DNA of 64,000 nucleotides, taken from NCBI GenBank assembly GCA_964016885.1, contig OZ024754.1, forward strand, positions 37,014,001-37,078,000, in the 5' to 3' direction. The translations under genes and the position numbers were made by a program. Shown here one piece after another: positions 13,831-26,019 of this stretch. The stretch's first letter is position 1. Each line of letters opens with the position of its first letter. The DNA is from Eledone cirrhosa. Lineage: Eukaryota. The notes beneath the pieces are model-generated. The model was not told the DNA's origin. It searched no databases and was given only the letters and a program-made list of their open reading frames with translations.

Positions 13831-15574
13831 GGCTCATACGAGGTGATAGATCTCATAGGAGGTTTCACAGGCGTTTTAATGATAAGAACATTAGTCCTAT
13901 ATCATAAAAAGCAATGTGAAATAAAATGTTTTGCTCTAGAACTCATGTCACCTGGTCCAGGAATCAAACCCACCACCATGTGATCATGACTCCAACATCC
14001 TAGCCACTAGACAGTGTATATCAGTTAATTGCCTGTCAATGAGATGTTTTATACAAATATTCTTAAATTTCTAATAAATTAATTTTTTTTAAATAATATT
14101 TTCCAAAATCTTCACTCCAGATATGCCATCTCTTTCTTGTATCTATTTCAGTTGATATGTTCATTAAACCTGATATCCACCCTCCATACACATGCACACA
14201 TGACTCATACACTGTTCACTTTCCTGACATTACTACATTATTCTATGTACTAGACATGCACCTTTGATGAGTTGTAGTGCACCTGAGCACTGTACACAAC
14301 AATTTCATTATTATTATTATTGCACTGGGGTAATTGCTGGCCTTGTTCCAAAAGTAGAAACAATTATTATTATTAAATCTATTTCAATCACTGCACATTC
14401 AATTAAAAATCACAAGTAAATAAATAAATAAAATACAATATCATTTTTTTTCTCTCCATAAATGTTGAACAATCCAACAGAGTTGTTTTCTCTGTCTTTT
14501 TTTCCTGATTTTTATTTTATAGTATTTTGTTTTGTTTTTTCATGACTACCTGATACACACATGCATACATACATACATATATATATATATAGACACATAC
14601 ACATATTTCTGCGTGTGTATGTGAATTTGGACATATATGGCTGGGAGTGTGTAGATTTGTATATATGTGGGTATGTGTGTAGATCTGTACATATGTGCGT
14701 GTGTGTGTCTGTGTGTGTTAGTGGATTTGGACATATATGCCGGGGAGTGTGTGTGTGTAGATCTGTATATGTGTATGTGTTTGTGAATTTGGACATTTAT
14801 GTTTGGGAGTGTGTGTGTGTATGTGTTTGTGAATTTGAACATATATGTCTAGGAGTGTGTGTAGATCTGTATGTGTGTGTGTGCAGATCTGTATATATAT
14901 GTGTGTGTGTGTGTGTGTGTGGATCTGCACATGTGTGTATGTGTGTTTCATTTGATTACATGCAGGAGAGTATGTGGACACAAAAAAGACTGATCTGACA
15001 AATTTAATCTCATCTTTCCTGCTCTTATAGGTGAACTCTTGTTTATTTTCTTTGTTTGCCTCTACAACTGTTCATGTATAATATATATATATATATATAC
15101 ACATATATACATACATACACACACATATACATATATATATACACACACACATATATACATACATATATATATATTTATATGCTCATAATGTTGAATCTGC
15201 GAAATGCAGAGTATAACAGCAGAGGAGAATATTAGCAATGGTGATGATATATATATATATATATGTATATATACACATACACAAAACACACACATATATA
15301 TATATATTTAAACTGTAAATAAATAGTAAACTATACATTATAATAAAAGTTCCTCCATTTAAGAGTAGCAGTGAAATGAGTAGAAATATCCCAAAAGTAA
15401 TGTTAAATAAAATATATTGAAACATGGAAGTTAGACCAATCTTTAGTGTCCTTATATAGCAACACGTCTCAAACACATGCAAATGTAATGCTGTGTCTGT
15501 ATGTGTCTTTGTCAATACATCTCTGCGTGTATGTATCTGTCTGTGTGTCTTTCTCTCTCAATACATCTGTGTAT

Positions 15575-17725
15575 ATATGTGTGTCTGTATGCCCCTCTGT
15601 GAATGTGTGTGTGTGTTGTGTGTGTGTGTCTGTATGCCCCTCTGTGAATGTGTGTGTGTCTGTATGCCCCTCTGTGAATGTGTGTGTGTCTGTATGCCCC
15701 TCTGTGAATGTGTGTGTGTCTGTATGCCCCTCTGTGAATGTGTGTGTTGTGTGTGTCTGTATGCCCCTCTATGAATGTGTGTGTTGTGTGTGTCTGTATG
15801 CCCCTCTGTGAATGTGTGTGTGTCTGTATGCCCCTCTGTGAATGTGTGTGTCTGTAAGCCCCTCTGTGAATGTGTGTGTGTCTGTATGCCCCTCTGTGAA
15901 TGTGTGTGTTGTGTGTGTCTGTATGCCCCTCTGTGAATGTGTGTGTGTTGTGTGTGTCTGTATGCCCCTCTGTGAATGTGTGTGTGTTGTGTGTGTCTGT
16001 ATGCCCCTCTGTGAATGTGTGTGTCTGTATGCCCCTCGGTGTGAATGTGTGTGTCTGTATGCCCCTCTGTGAATGTGTGTGTGTCTGTATGCCCCTCTGT
16101 GAATGTGTGTGTGTCTGTATGCCCCTCTGTGAATGTGTGTGTTGTGTGTGTCTGTATGCCCCTCTGTGAATGTGTGTGTCTGTATGCCCCTCTGTGAATG
16201 TGTGTGTGTCTGTATGCCCCTCTGTGAATGTGTGTGTTGTGTGTGTCTGTATGCCCCTCTGTGAATGTGTGTGTGTCTGTATGCCCCTCTGTGAATGTGT
16301 GTGTGTCTGTATGCCCCTCTGTGAATGTGTGTGTTGTGTGTGTCTGTATGCCCCTCTGTGAATGTGTGTGTGTCTGTATGCCCCTCTGTGAATGTGTGTG
16401 TGTCTGTATGCCCCTCTGTGAATGTGTGTGTTGTGTGTGTCTGTATGCCCCTCTGTGAATGTGTGTGTGTCTGTATGCCCCTCTGTGAATGTGTGTGTTG
16501 TGTGTGTCTGTATGCCCCTCTGTGAATGTGTGTGTGTCTGTATGCCCCTCTGTGAATGTGTGTGTTGTGTGTGTCTGTATGCCCCTCTGTGAATGTGTGT
16601 GTGTCTGTATGCCCCTCTATGAATGTGTGTGTTGTGTGTGTCTGTATGCCCCTCTGTGAATGTGTGTGTCTGTATGCCCCTCTGTGAATGTGTGTGTGTC
16701 TGTATGCCCCTCTGTGAATGTGTGTGTTGTGTGTGTCTGTATGCCCCTCTGTGAATGTGTGTGTGTCTGTATGCCCCTCTGTGAATGTGTGTGTTGTGTG
16801 TGTCTGTATGCCCCTCTGTGAATGTGTGTGTGTCTGTATGCCCCTCTGTGAATGTGTGTGTGTCTGTATGCCCCTCTGTGAATGTGTGTGTTGTGTGTGT
16901 CTGTATGCCCCTCTGTGAATGTGTGTGTGTCTGTATGCCCCTCTGTGAATGTGTGTGTGTCTGTATGCCCCTCTGTGAATGTGTGTGTTGTGTGTGTCTG
17001 TATGCCCCTCTGTGAATGTGTGTGTGTCTGTATGCCCCTCTGTGAATGTGTGTGTGTCTGTATGCCCCTCTATGAATGTGTGTGTTGTGTGTGTCTGTAT
17101 GCCCCTCTGTGAATGTGTGTGTCTGTATGCCCCTCTGTGAATGTGTGTGTCTGTATGCCCCTCTGTGAATGTGTGTGTGTCTGTATGCCCCTCTGTGAAT
17201 GTGTGTGTGTCTGTATGCCCCTCTGTGAATGTGTGTGTTGTGTGTGTCTGTATGCCCCTCTGTGAATGTGTGTGTGTTGTGTGTGTCTGTATGCCCCTCT
17301 GTGAATGTGTGTGTCTGTATGCCCCTCTGTGAATGTGTGTGTGTCTGTAAGCCCCTCTGTGAATGTGTGTGTGTCTGTATGCCCCTCTGTGAATGTGTGT
17401 CTGTATGCCCCTCTGTGAATGTGTGTGTTGTGTGTGTCTGTATGCCCCTCTGTGAATGTGTGTGTGTTGTGTGTGTCTGTATGCCCCTCTGTGAATGTGT
17501 GTGTCTGTATGCCCCTCTGTGAATGTGTGTGTGTCTGTATGCCCCTCTGTGAATGTGTGTGTTGTGTGTGTCTGTATGCCCCTCTGTGAATGTGTGTGTG
17601 TTGTGTGTGTCTGTATGCCCCTCTGTGAATGTGTGTGTCTGTATGCCCCTCTGTGAATGTGTGTGTGTCTGTATGCCCCTCTGTGAATGTGTGTGTCTGT
17701 ATGCCCCTCTGTGAATGTGTGTGTG
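15575..17725. repeat. Variable 26-39-bp minisatellite (CTGTATGCCCCTCTGTGAA plus variable GT tract)
   Basis: Constant 19-nt core alternating with (TG)n of variable length, more than 60 copies. Confidence 0.97.
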
Positions 17726-18036
17726 TATGTATGTGTATCTGGGTCAGTGGCTGTGTGTGTAAGCATGTGAATGCCTGCTAGTGTGTACATATATGTGTGA
17801 GTGTGTATACCTGTGTGTGTGTGTGTGCATGTGTGTGTGTGAGTGTGACATCATAGAATACTTGCAGGGAAAACTTTTTATTTGTATACAAACAAAAATC
17901 ATTCAGTCAAACATTACAAAACGAGGAAGAGAGTGAGATGAAAGAGAGAGGGGGAGGAGAGGGGAGAGTGTGTGTATGTGTGTGTGTGAAATAGAGAAAG
18001 AGACAGACAGATATGTTGTGTGAACACCCAACAATA

Positions 18037-18094
<58 letters not shown>

Positions 18095-18446
18095 CTGCAT
18101 ACATATATATATATATAAAAATGCATATATATATATAAATAAATATATATATATCATCATCATCATCTATATATATATCATCATCATCATCTATATATAT
18201 ATATATATATAAATCATCATCATCATCTATATATATATATAAATAAATATATATCATCATCATCATCTATATATATATATATCATCATCATCAATATATA
18301 TATATATATATAAATCATCATCATCATCATCTATATATATATATATAAAGATAGATAGATAGAGAGAGAGTTAGTAAGAGGATGAGTAATCCTGAGTAAC
18401 ATAGAAACAGGAAAACAAAATAGATTTGTATGAGAGAGAGAAGGGG

Positions 18447-18477
<31 letters not shown>

Positions 18478-18610
18478 GAGAGTCAGGGAGTTAAGAATGA
18501 GAAATACTGAAAGCTTCAAACTTTGACAATTTTTCTTTTTTTTTTGTTGTATTTCTGGGGGGGCTTTTGATGAAGATGAAATGTTAATAACAAGACAAGG
18601 TGTCAACAAT

Positions 18611-20290
18611 CTACTGTTGTCCTTCCAGATCTGTAGTGTGTTGTTGTTGTTGTTGTTGCTGTTGGTGCTGTACTGATGCTATTTGTTCTATTTGATCTTC
18701 AGTGTCCATAGCAAAGACAGCTTGCACCGTCTCTAATGATATAGTCTGCTCTCCTTGAATCTGCATAGTAGTGCCATCTGGTTTTTGAATAATTATAATA
18801 CCGTCCTCAGTTTGGAAAATATTTGGCTGTGATACAAGCTGTTCAGACGTCACAACACTGTCCTCAAATATTACCTGCCCTGTATTTACCAGTTCAGTTG
18901 GTTGTTGTTGTTCAATGGTTTCAAATGCCCTAGCCTTCAGAGTATCAGCTTCCGTATTTAAATGCTCCAAAGCCAGCCCACTTGCCGTGGAAACTGCAGT
19001 AGAGATCGACATGTCTTGTTCCATGGCAACAGGAAGTTCAACTACATGTTCTTCAACACATGAGACGGAAGGAGTAGTAACCATTGCCGTCGTTGTACTG
19101 TTTAGGGGTTGCAGGGTTTGTTGAGCAGCAGCATCGGGCATTTGGGACAAGTGGGTGACTGGACAAGATACATGTGATGAGGAGACCACTTCGGTTAGTG
19201 GAGTGGACTGGGAGACCATATCTGTTAGTGGAGTGGACTGGGAGACCATATCTGTTAGTGGAGTGGACTGAGAGACCACTGCCACTATCTTTGTCGAAGT
19301 GAGACAAGGATCAACTTTATTGACAACCAATGCAGATGAATCAATAGAATCAGTGACAGAAGAGATTGTAGAATTAGAACTTGTGATGCTATTTTGCTGT
19401 GAGTGAGTGTGAATGTCACCAACAACAGCTCCTATGTCCAAAGGAGTTGTAATACTTTTCTTTGAGGTATTGTTGCTTTGCTGCCCAGTTGTCTCAGCTT
19501 TCGGAGACACAGAGAGCGGCGAGGAAACATCTATCACTTCTCCAGTTGGTGGACGAGTCATTACAGTAACTGGAAGCATGACTGTGGTGGTGGTGGTGGT
19601 GCTGCTGGCATTAGTAGTGGCAGCATTGCTGACACCATTCACTAAGCTAGTCTTCACATTTAGTTCAGTACTGAGTCCATTCTGAGTCAACTGACCAACT
19701 GAGTTGTTAGCGGAACTGGAATTCACACAAACAACCGTTCCAACAGGAAGCGTTTCACAGTGGCTGATATCAACCTTACAATTGCTGCTTTCACCACTAC
19801 TGTTGCTAATGTCAATACTGTTGCTATCACAATTTGTAGCCACCCCTAAATGATGTGTGGTGTTTGTATCCGTCAATGAAGATGACGCAGGTGAGAGAGA
19901 GGAAGAGGGAGGTTGTGCCAATGGAGGTAAGGGTGGTGGAAGGGATGAGGGCAGGACAGATAGGTTGTTTGTGTTGTTTAATCCCTGAACAGAATACTGT
20001 TCAGTTGGGTTGTGTAATGTCACTCGAGAGAACTGAGACAAATCAGAGAGGTCAGTAGAGTTCAAATTGACCACTCGGATCCTCTTATTGGGTGTCTGGC
20101 TCACTAGCTGCTCTTGAGTGACCAGTTCTATTGTCCGTTTGCTGGTTTGAACAGGTGTAATATTTAAATTGGAAGGATCAGTGGTCAGTAGCTTGTACTG
20201 GAATGTTTTCTCTTCTTGAATTGGTACGTCTTTTATATCATACATCCCAACAGTCAAACCAAGAGATTTCGCAACAGCAGGATTCTGTAT
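18611..20290 (-). CDS. ZNF839: ZNF839-like terminal coding exon (low-complexity C-terminus)
   Basis: TTTCAG| acceptor at 20291, phase 0, open for 559 codons to TAG at 18613-18611. Contains three copies of a 30-nt VSQSTPLTDM repeat and a poly-Q. The five exons sum to 4476 nt, or 1491 aa. Confidence 0.82.
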   Translation of the reverse strand: MQNPAVAKSLGLTVGMYDIKDVPIQEEKTFQYKLLTTDPSNLNITPVQTSKRTIELVTQEQLVSQTPNKRIRVVNLNSTDLSDLSQFSRVTLHNPTEQYSVQGLNNTNNLSVLPSSLPPPLPPLAQPPSSSLSPASSSLTDTNTTHHLGVATNCDSNSIDISNSSGESSNCKVDISHCETLPVGTVVCVNSSSANNSVGQLTQNGLSTELNVKTSLVNGVSNAATTNASSTTTTTTVMLPVTVMTRPPTGEVIDVSSPLSVSPKAETTGQQSNNTSKKSITTPLDIGAVVGDIHTHSQQNSITSSNSTISSVTDSIDSSALVVNKVDPCLTSTKIVAVVSQSTPLTDMVSQSTPLTDMVSQSTPLTEVVSSSHVSCPVTHLSQMPDAAAQQTLQPLNSTTTAMVTTPSVSCVEEHVVELPVAMEQDMSISTAVSTASGLALEHLNTEADTLKARAFETIEQQQPTELVNTGQVIFEDSVVTSEQLVSQPNIFQTEDGIIIIQKPDGTTMQIQGEQTISLETVQAVFAMDTEDQIEQIASVQHQQQQQQQQHTTDLEGQQ

Positions 20291-20342
20291 CTGAAACAGA
20301 AACATATCAAAACATCAATAAAATATACAAATTATACATGAA

Positions 20343-20770
20343 TAGGTTTAGCTGACCTCCTACGAGGTTTCTTCGGTGTTGTGTTCAATAGGGACCCCAG
20401 TCTTAACATGCTGTTACAGCTCACCCTTGCATAGGTTTAGCTGACCTCCTTCAGGGTTTCTTCGGTGTTGTGTTCGATAGGGACCCGTCTTAACATGCTG
20501 TTACAGCTCACACTTGCATAGGCTTAGCTGACCTCCTTCAAGGTTTCTTCGGTGTTGTGTTCGATAGGGACGCCAGTCTTAACATGCTGTTACACATCAC
20601 CTTCATAGGTTTAGCTGACTTCCTTCAAGGTTTCTTCGGTGTAGTGTTTATAGGAACCCTAATCTTAACATGCTGTTACAGCTCACCCTTGTATAGGTTT
20701 AGCTGACCTCCCATGAGGTTTCTTCAGTGGTGTGTCCGATAGAGATAACAGTCCTATCATGCTGTTATAC
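20343..20770. repeat. About 88-bp tandem repeat (4-5 diverged copies)
   Basis: Repeated ATAGGTTTAGCTGACCTCC...GGTTTCTTCGGTGTTGTGTTC.ATAGGGACCC..TCTTAACATGCTGTTACAGCTCAC. Confidence 0.92.
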
Positions 20771-21107
20771 TTTTAACTGTGAGCTACAACTACCATGGTA
20801 CATTTACCTCCCTCTCAATAGCTTAGTCAGAAGAAGGACAGTAGCTATGACCTTGCAAACAGAGTTGTCAAGACTGGTGGGAAGAAAAGAGAAGGTTATG
20901 CTCAAATGGAGGCCTTACCTGGATGCTTGCAACAGAGTGGACTCTGCTAGAGTTAACCAAGGGCCAGGTGGTGACATTAAACTGGGTGATAGCTTAAGCC
21001 TATCACACAATAAAAAAATAATTAACTCCAGTAGGTTTCCACACAATTTTTGTCTACCAAATTTCCATCACACCTTAGTACACACTGTAAAAGCTAGTAC
21101 ATTCTGT

Positions 21108-21480
21108 GAAGGCGCATGGCTTAGTGGTTAGAGCATTGGGCTTGCAATTGAGAGGTTGTCAGTTCGATTCTCGGACCGGGTGATGTGTTGTGTCCTTGAG
21201 CAAGACACTTTATTTCACATTGCTCCAGTTTACTCTGCTGAAGAAATGAATAGCGATGTCACTGGTGCCAAGCTGTATCAGCCATTGCCTTTCTCTTGGA
21301 CAACATCGGTGGCGTGGAGAGGAGGGCTGGTATGTATGGGCAACTACTGGTCTTCCACAAAGAAAACCTTGCCCAGGCTTGTGCCTCAAAGGGTTTCTAG
21401 GTGCAAAACCATGGTTATTCGTGACCCGAGTGGGGCCTCTAGTAGACTCTGTAAAAGTGATTGGTGTTAAGGACATCCAA
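21108..21480 (+). mobile_element. tRNA-derived SINE (CORE/V-type central motif)
   Basis: TGGCTTAGTGGTTAGAGC A-box, GTTCGATTC B-box and the GTGTCCTTGAGCAAGACACTT motif. Confidence 0.85.
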
Positions 21481-22333
21481 CCATATAAATCATGTCCCAA
21501 AATGGAATGTATGAGCACATGCGGTCCTCCATACATTTCTAAGAGAGTATGCATGCACAGTGCCATAACACCCAAGGAAGTCATAGGGGCGCCATATTGA
21601 CATACAGTGTTTCTAAAACATTTTTTTAAACCTGGCAGAGACCATCGTCTCTCTCGGTCTGAATACAGCCGATTTCTTCCAAAGAAAGATAGAGAGTGAG
21701 AAAATGAAAATGAGAAAGAAATAAAGAGAAAGAATCGACCCCAGTACTTGACTGGTACTTTTTTTATCGACCTCAAAAGGATGAAAGGCAAAGTTGACTA
21801 CAGCCGGATTTGAGAAAGCAGAGAGTCAAAATAAATACCACAAAGCGTTCTATCCAATGTTCTAACAACACTTCTAATTTGTGAAGGCACATGGCTTAGT
21901 GGTTAGAGCATTGGGCTTGCAATCGAAAGGTTGTGAGTTCAATTCTCAGACCAGGTGATGTATTGTTTCCTTGAACAAGACACTTTATTTCACGTTGCTC
22001 CAGTTTACTCAGCTGTAGAAATGAGATGATAGGACTGGGGTCCCTATCATTAAAATTACCCAAGACACCTCCAACGAGATATACCTTGGAGGAGGCCAGC
22101 TAAACCTGCATAGGTGTGAGCTGTCTCACACACACACACTAATTTGGCGCTATTTATAAGAGAGCAATAACTCTTACAGAAGACAGTGACAACCTAGCCA
22201 AAACATGGCACCATGAAAAATGGACATAAAATGGTTATGAAATTTGAAATAACCAGAGTTATGAACAGCTTTTTATGGGGGTGACAACACAAATGAATAA
22301 AAGAAGAAAAAGTCTATCATAGAGTATACTTAC

Positions 22334-22582
22334 ATTTAGTCTACCTGAAGTGTTACTTTCCAAAGGATCATCCCGATCTAAGACGGGAACCAGATATTTT
22401 TGACACAACTTTTGAACACTTTTGTGTAAATTTTCAAATTCCTTGAAGATGTCTGCAAACTGAGGTTTTGATGGGCGTCCCTTTTCTACCTTCATCAATA
22501 GAAACTCCCAAACAGTAATCACAGTGGCCAGGCGAGGAAGCACAATTTCCATCAGTTCTTCGTCTTCACACTGTTTAATCAA
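22334..22582 (-). CDS. ZNF839: ZNF839-like exon 4 (conserved DUF4764-type helical domain)
   Basis: Encodes LIKQCEDEELMEIVLPRLATVITVWEFLLMKVEKGRPSKPQFADIFKEFENLHKSVQKLCQKYL, matching the recalled ZNF839 ...VTVYEFLLMKVEK...KEFEELHKMVKKMCQDYL. CAG| and |GTAAGT, 249 nt, phase 0-0. Confidence 0.9.
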
Positions 22583-22670
22583 CTGGAAACAGGAAAAAAA
22601 TAGTACATAAGACATGGCACAGGTGTGTTGTAGTCATGGTTTTATGTATATATATATATATATATATGTG

Positions 22671-22704
<34 letters not shown>

Positions 22705-22914
22705 GTAATAATAATAAATTTGAAGACTAAAATCCAATGAGGGCTCGATAAGGATAAATATATATCAAATATATAAGAACCGTAGAGCAAATATATATAT
22801 ATATATCAGTGTCATTTTTCTTTACATGTACTTAGGCAAGCTCATTTCAGTCCACCTGAAAAAATTGTAAGTGATTAAAACTGTTTTTTCTGAAAGTAGA
22901 TTATTTTCTTTATT

Positions 22915-22945
<31 letters not shown>

Positions 22946-23094
22946 TTTTACATGTGTGTGTGTATATATATAGATATATACAAACACACACACACAATGT
23001 TAAGGTATCAAAACATATTTAATATGTATGATAACTGTGTTTCTCTTTAAATAAGCTCAATGGACCTTAGTTCAGAGCATCAATAATTCAAATT

Positions 23095-23281
23095 ATTGTT
23101 TTACGATTGTTTTGGAGGGTTGATCATATTGATATATTGATTGATCTTTAGCAGTTAGAGAACTGTAGAAGACAACCTGATTGAACCCATATATTATGCC
23201 TGATAGTATACAGTTCTCTAACTGGTGTAGATCAGTCAATATATCAATATGATCAACCCACTGAAACAATCCTAAAACAAT
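23095..23281. repeat. Inverted repeat, about 72-bp arms with about 40-bp spacer (MITE-like)
   Basis: GGGTTGATCATATTGATATATTGA...CAGTTAGAGAACTGTA pairs with TACAGTTCTCTAACTG...TCAATATATCAATATGATCAACCC. Confidence 0.85.
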
Positions 23282-23309
23282 GAATGAGATATGTGAAATA
23301 ACTTGCCTT

Positions 23310-23655
23310 TATCATTTTCATCATTTCATTTTACGTCCGCTTTTTTTCCTGCTTGCAAGGGTGACACGGGAACTGATTCTGGCTTGATTTCTACAGCTGG
23401 ATGCCCTTCCTAACACCAACCTCATTTTACAGTGAGTGCTGGGTGCTTTTTTGCCGTGGCACCTCCACGACCACTTTGCAGTGGAATGATATGGACCCCA
23501 GTCCCTATCATCTCATTTCTACAGCTGAGTAAACTGGAGCAATGTGAAATAAAGTGTCTTGCTCAAGGAAACAACACATCACCCGGTCTGAGAATTGAAC
23601 TCACAACCTTTCGATTTGCAAGGCCAATGCTCTAACCACTAAGCCATGTGCCTCC
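23310..23655 (-). mobile_element. tRNA-derived SINE with RTE-type (TGA)n tail
   Basis: Same head as 21108, with a tail shared with the RTE 3' end. Near-identical copies at 24710-25000 (+), 27590-27920 (+) and 52995-53343 (-). Heads also at 5775-5895, 21882-22050 and 46228-46365. Confidence 0.85.
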
Positions 23656-23814
23656 ATCATTGTTAAATAATATAATATGTAATATATCAGACTCTGTATC
23701 TGAAAGATTGACTCGGCGAAATACGGAACCAATCTCTGGATCTCGGTGATCTACATGCTAACGGATTACATTGAGTTCTAACTACGGTATAGACCCTACC
23801 ACAATGAATATATA

Positions 23815-24010
23815 TATAGGAAAAGAGTCAGGACCCTGACGGCTGAGCTCCGGCTATTTCGACAGCGAGATTGGATTTAGCCGCCAAAACAGCCAGTGCT
23901 CAGCTGTCGGGGTCCTGACTCTTTCCCTATTACCCACTCTACTACACTTTGTATTGAGTACTCTGGTGCGTTATGGTCCACCTGGTATCTTATCACACCC
24001 TCTTTGTTTA
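23815..24010 (+). mobile_element. Family B foldback element carrying the 3' half of a hammerhead
   Basis: Imperfect hairpin with about 55-bp arms plus a tail containing TATTGAGTAC, flanked by (TA)n. Homologous to 30238, 32783 and 57243. Confidence 0.65.
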
Positions 24011-24029
24011 TATATATATATATATATAT

Positions 24030-24250
24030 ATTAAAATAACAGATTAAAGTTTAAGCAAAGAATCGCTGCTTTCACCCTTAACGGGATCTTCAGAAGATCC
24101 CGTTAAGGGTGAAAGCAGGGATTCTTTGCTTAAACTTTAATCTGTTATTTTAATAAATATTTGTTCTATGGTTTTATATATTTGATATATATATTATCGT
24201 TGTCGATCCCTCTTCAGATTTTAGTCTTCACATTTATTATTATTACTATA
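24030..24250 (+). mobile_element. Family C foldback element
   Basis: Arms of about 61 bp meet at a 1-nt centre (24092) that coincides with CTGAAGA on the minus strand. Related fragments lie at 22705-22790, 33003-33055 and 33252-33300. Confidence 0.65.
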
Positions 24251-24428
24251 TATATAAGGGCGGTGGATTGGCAGTATCGGTAGAGGGTCGGACACCATGC
24301 TTTGCAGCATAGAGTCACGTCCCTTTATGATCTGAGTTCAAATCCTGCAGAGGTGTTAAATAAACATATATGTTGATTTAACACATCACTGCTCGCAAGT
24401 GTTTTTTAAGCTTCATATCATGTCTCCC

Positions 24429-24499
24429 TATTTTATCTGATGAGAACGCAAATATCATCCCATGATGATATTTGTTTTTGAAATGCGCATAATAAAATA
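24429..24499 (+). ncRNA. Type-I minimal hammerhead ribozyme
   Basis: TATTTTAT-CTGATGA-(stem II containing GCAAATATCATC/GATGATATTTGT)-GAAA-TGCGCA-TA-ATAAAATA. It has an 8-bp stem I, an intact core, a palindromic stem III and an AUA cleavage triplet. Confidence 0.85.
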
Positions 24500-24534
24500 C
24501 ATGGAACTCTTTTAACCATCTTTTGATTTTATAT

Positions 24535-24581
<47 letters not shown>

Positions 24582-24612
24582 ATTAAGACAGAGTTACGTT
24601 TCCATAATTGTT

Positions 24613-24652
<40 letters not shown>

Positions 24653-25062
24653 GACATTAATTAAGTTGAAGTCCTCACTGAACCTGATGTTAATATATAT
24701 ATATATGACATCAATTCTCAGACCGGGTGATGTGTTGTTTCCTTGAGCAAGACACTTTATTTCACATTGCTCCAGTTTACTCAGCAGTAGAAATGAGATG
24801 ATAGGGACTGGGTTCCCTATCATTCCACTGTAAAGTGGTTGTGGAGGTGCCATGGCAAAAAAAGCACCCAGCACTCACTGTAAATGAGGTTGGTGTTAGG
24901 AAGGGCATCCAGCTGTAGAAATCAAGCCAGAATCAGATCCCGTCCCACCCTTGCAAGCAGGGAAAAAGCGGACGTAAAATGAAATGATGATGAATGATGA
25001 TGATATGACATTAAGTTCTATTATATATAGGATGACAATAAATATAGTTTAATGTAAATTAC

Positions 25063-25520
25063 CTCTTTTAATCTGGCTTTCCTTTTAGCTGGTGTTTCAT
25101 GAAGATGGTGTCCCAGCCTGCGTCCTGGTCCACGTGTAACATGGTTGGATACATAACTAGTGGGAGCTGAACTGGTAAATACTGTGGGAGGAGCAGTAAC
25201 ACCATTGTTGGTGTTGCTTATTGGTGTTGTTGTTGTTGCTGTTGTTTCAATAGTGGGGAGGTTTGTGGTAGAAGTAGTAGTAGTACCAGTAGTTATAGAC
25301 ACCGTTGGTGTTGTGGTGCTAGTGCTGGCTATACATGTTGTCACCACCATTGGAGCCGTTGCTGAAGCTAACGACTTTAAAGAACTGCATGTGGTGTATG
25401 TGGAAGTTGAAGTCCTCACTGAACCTGATGTTAACCCTAACAGAGAATCCTGAGTATTACTGTCCTCAGAGAGGTTCCCACTGCTGTTTGCCACACCATT
25501 TACAGTAGCATGTTGTAAAA
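25063..25520 (-). CDS. ZNF839: ZNF839-like exon 3 (Thr/Ser-rich linker, basic RGPGRR...KRKARLKE)
   Basis: TTCCAG| acceptor and GAG|GTAATT donor, 458 nt, phase 1-0, in frame with both neighbouring exons. Confidence 0.85.
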
Positions 25521-25830
25521 CTGGAAATGGAAAAGACAGACAAAGAAATTCATGAAAATCTTACAAATTACATTTCTATATTCTTACTGTTTATACTCAA
25601 ATATAAGCTGAGAAATATAAAACAAAAATTTCTATGGTAAAATGGGAGGTCAGCTTATATTCAAGGTCAATATTTTGTTGATTTTCACCAACTTTAAAAT
25701 CTACGTAAATGAGGTGCTAAAGTATTTTCGCTTTGGAGGTGAATATTTCACTGCAGGTAAAATATTACTGATTTCATTTTGAAGGTGATTTTTACACCAG
25801 TTTCACTTTTGAATTAAAATTCATATTTCT

Positions 25831-25865
<35 letters not shown>

Positions 25866-25973
25866 GTATAAGTATTGCGTATCTCCAAGGAAATACGGTT
25901 TCAGGAAGCAGTAGCTATGCAAACACCGGTGGGCTAACACCCTCTGGTGATGTCCAGCAGAAGCAAGGGGGAC

Positions 25974-26019
25974 AACCGTCTATGCATTTCAGGCTTAACT
26001 GGTCTTCGTCAGGACGGTT
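25974..26019 (-). ncRNA. Type-I minimal hammerhead ribozyme at the apex of a foldback element
   Basis: Reverse complement AACCGTC-CTGACGA-AGACCAGTTAAGCCT-GAAA-TGCA-TA-GACGGTT, with a 7-bp stem I and a palindromic TGCA. Confidence 0.8.

Noticed and set aside
15575-17725. CRISPR-like constant repeat with variable spacers
   Set aside because: The spacers are only (TG)n length variants, the context is eukaryotic and there are no cas genes.
15769-17790. 673-aa His/Thr-rich ORF
   Set aside because: It lies entirely within a variable-length minisatellite whose units shift frame freely, so it is not a credible CDS.
21108-21190. tRNA gene
   Set aside because: The A/B boxes run straight into a SINE body found in many copies, and there is no complete cloverleaf.
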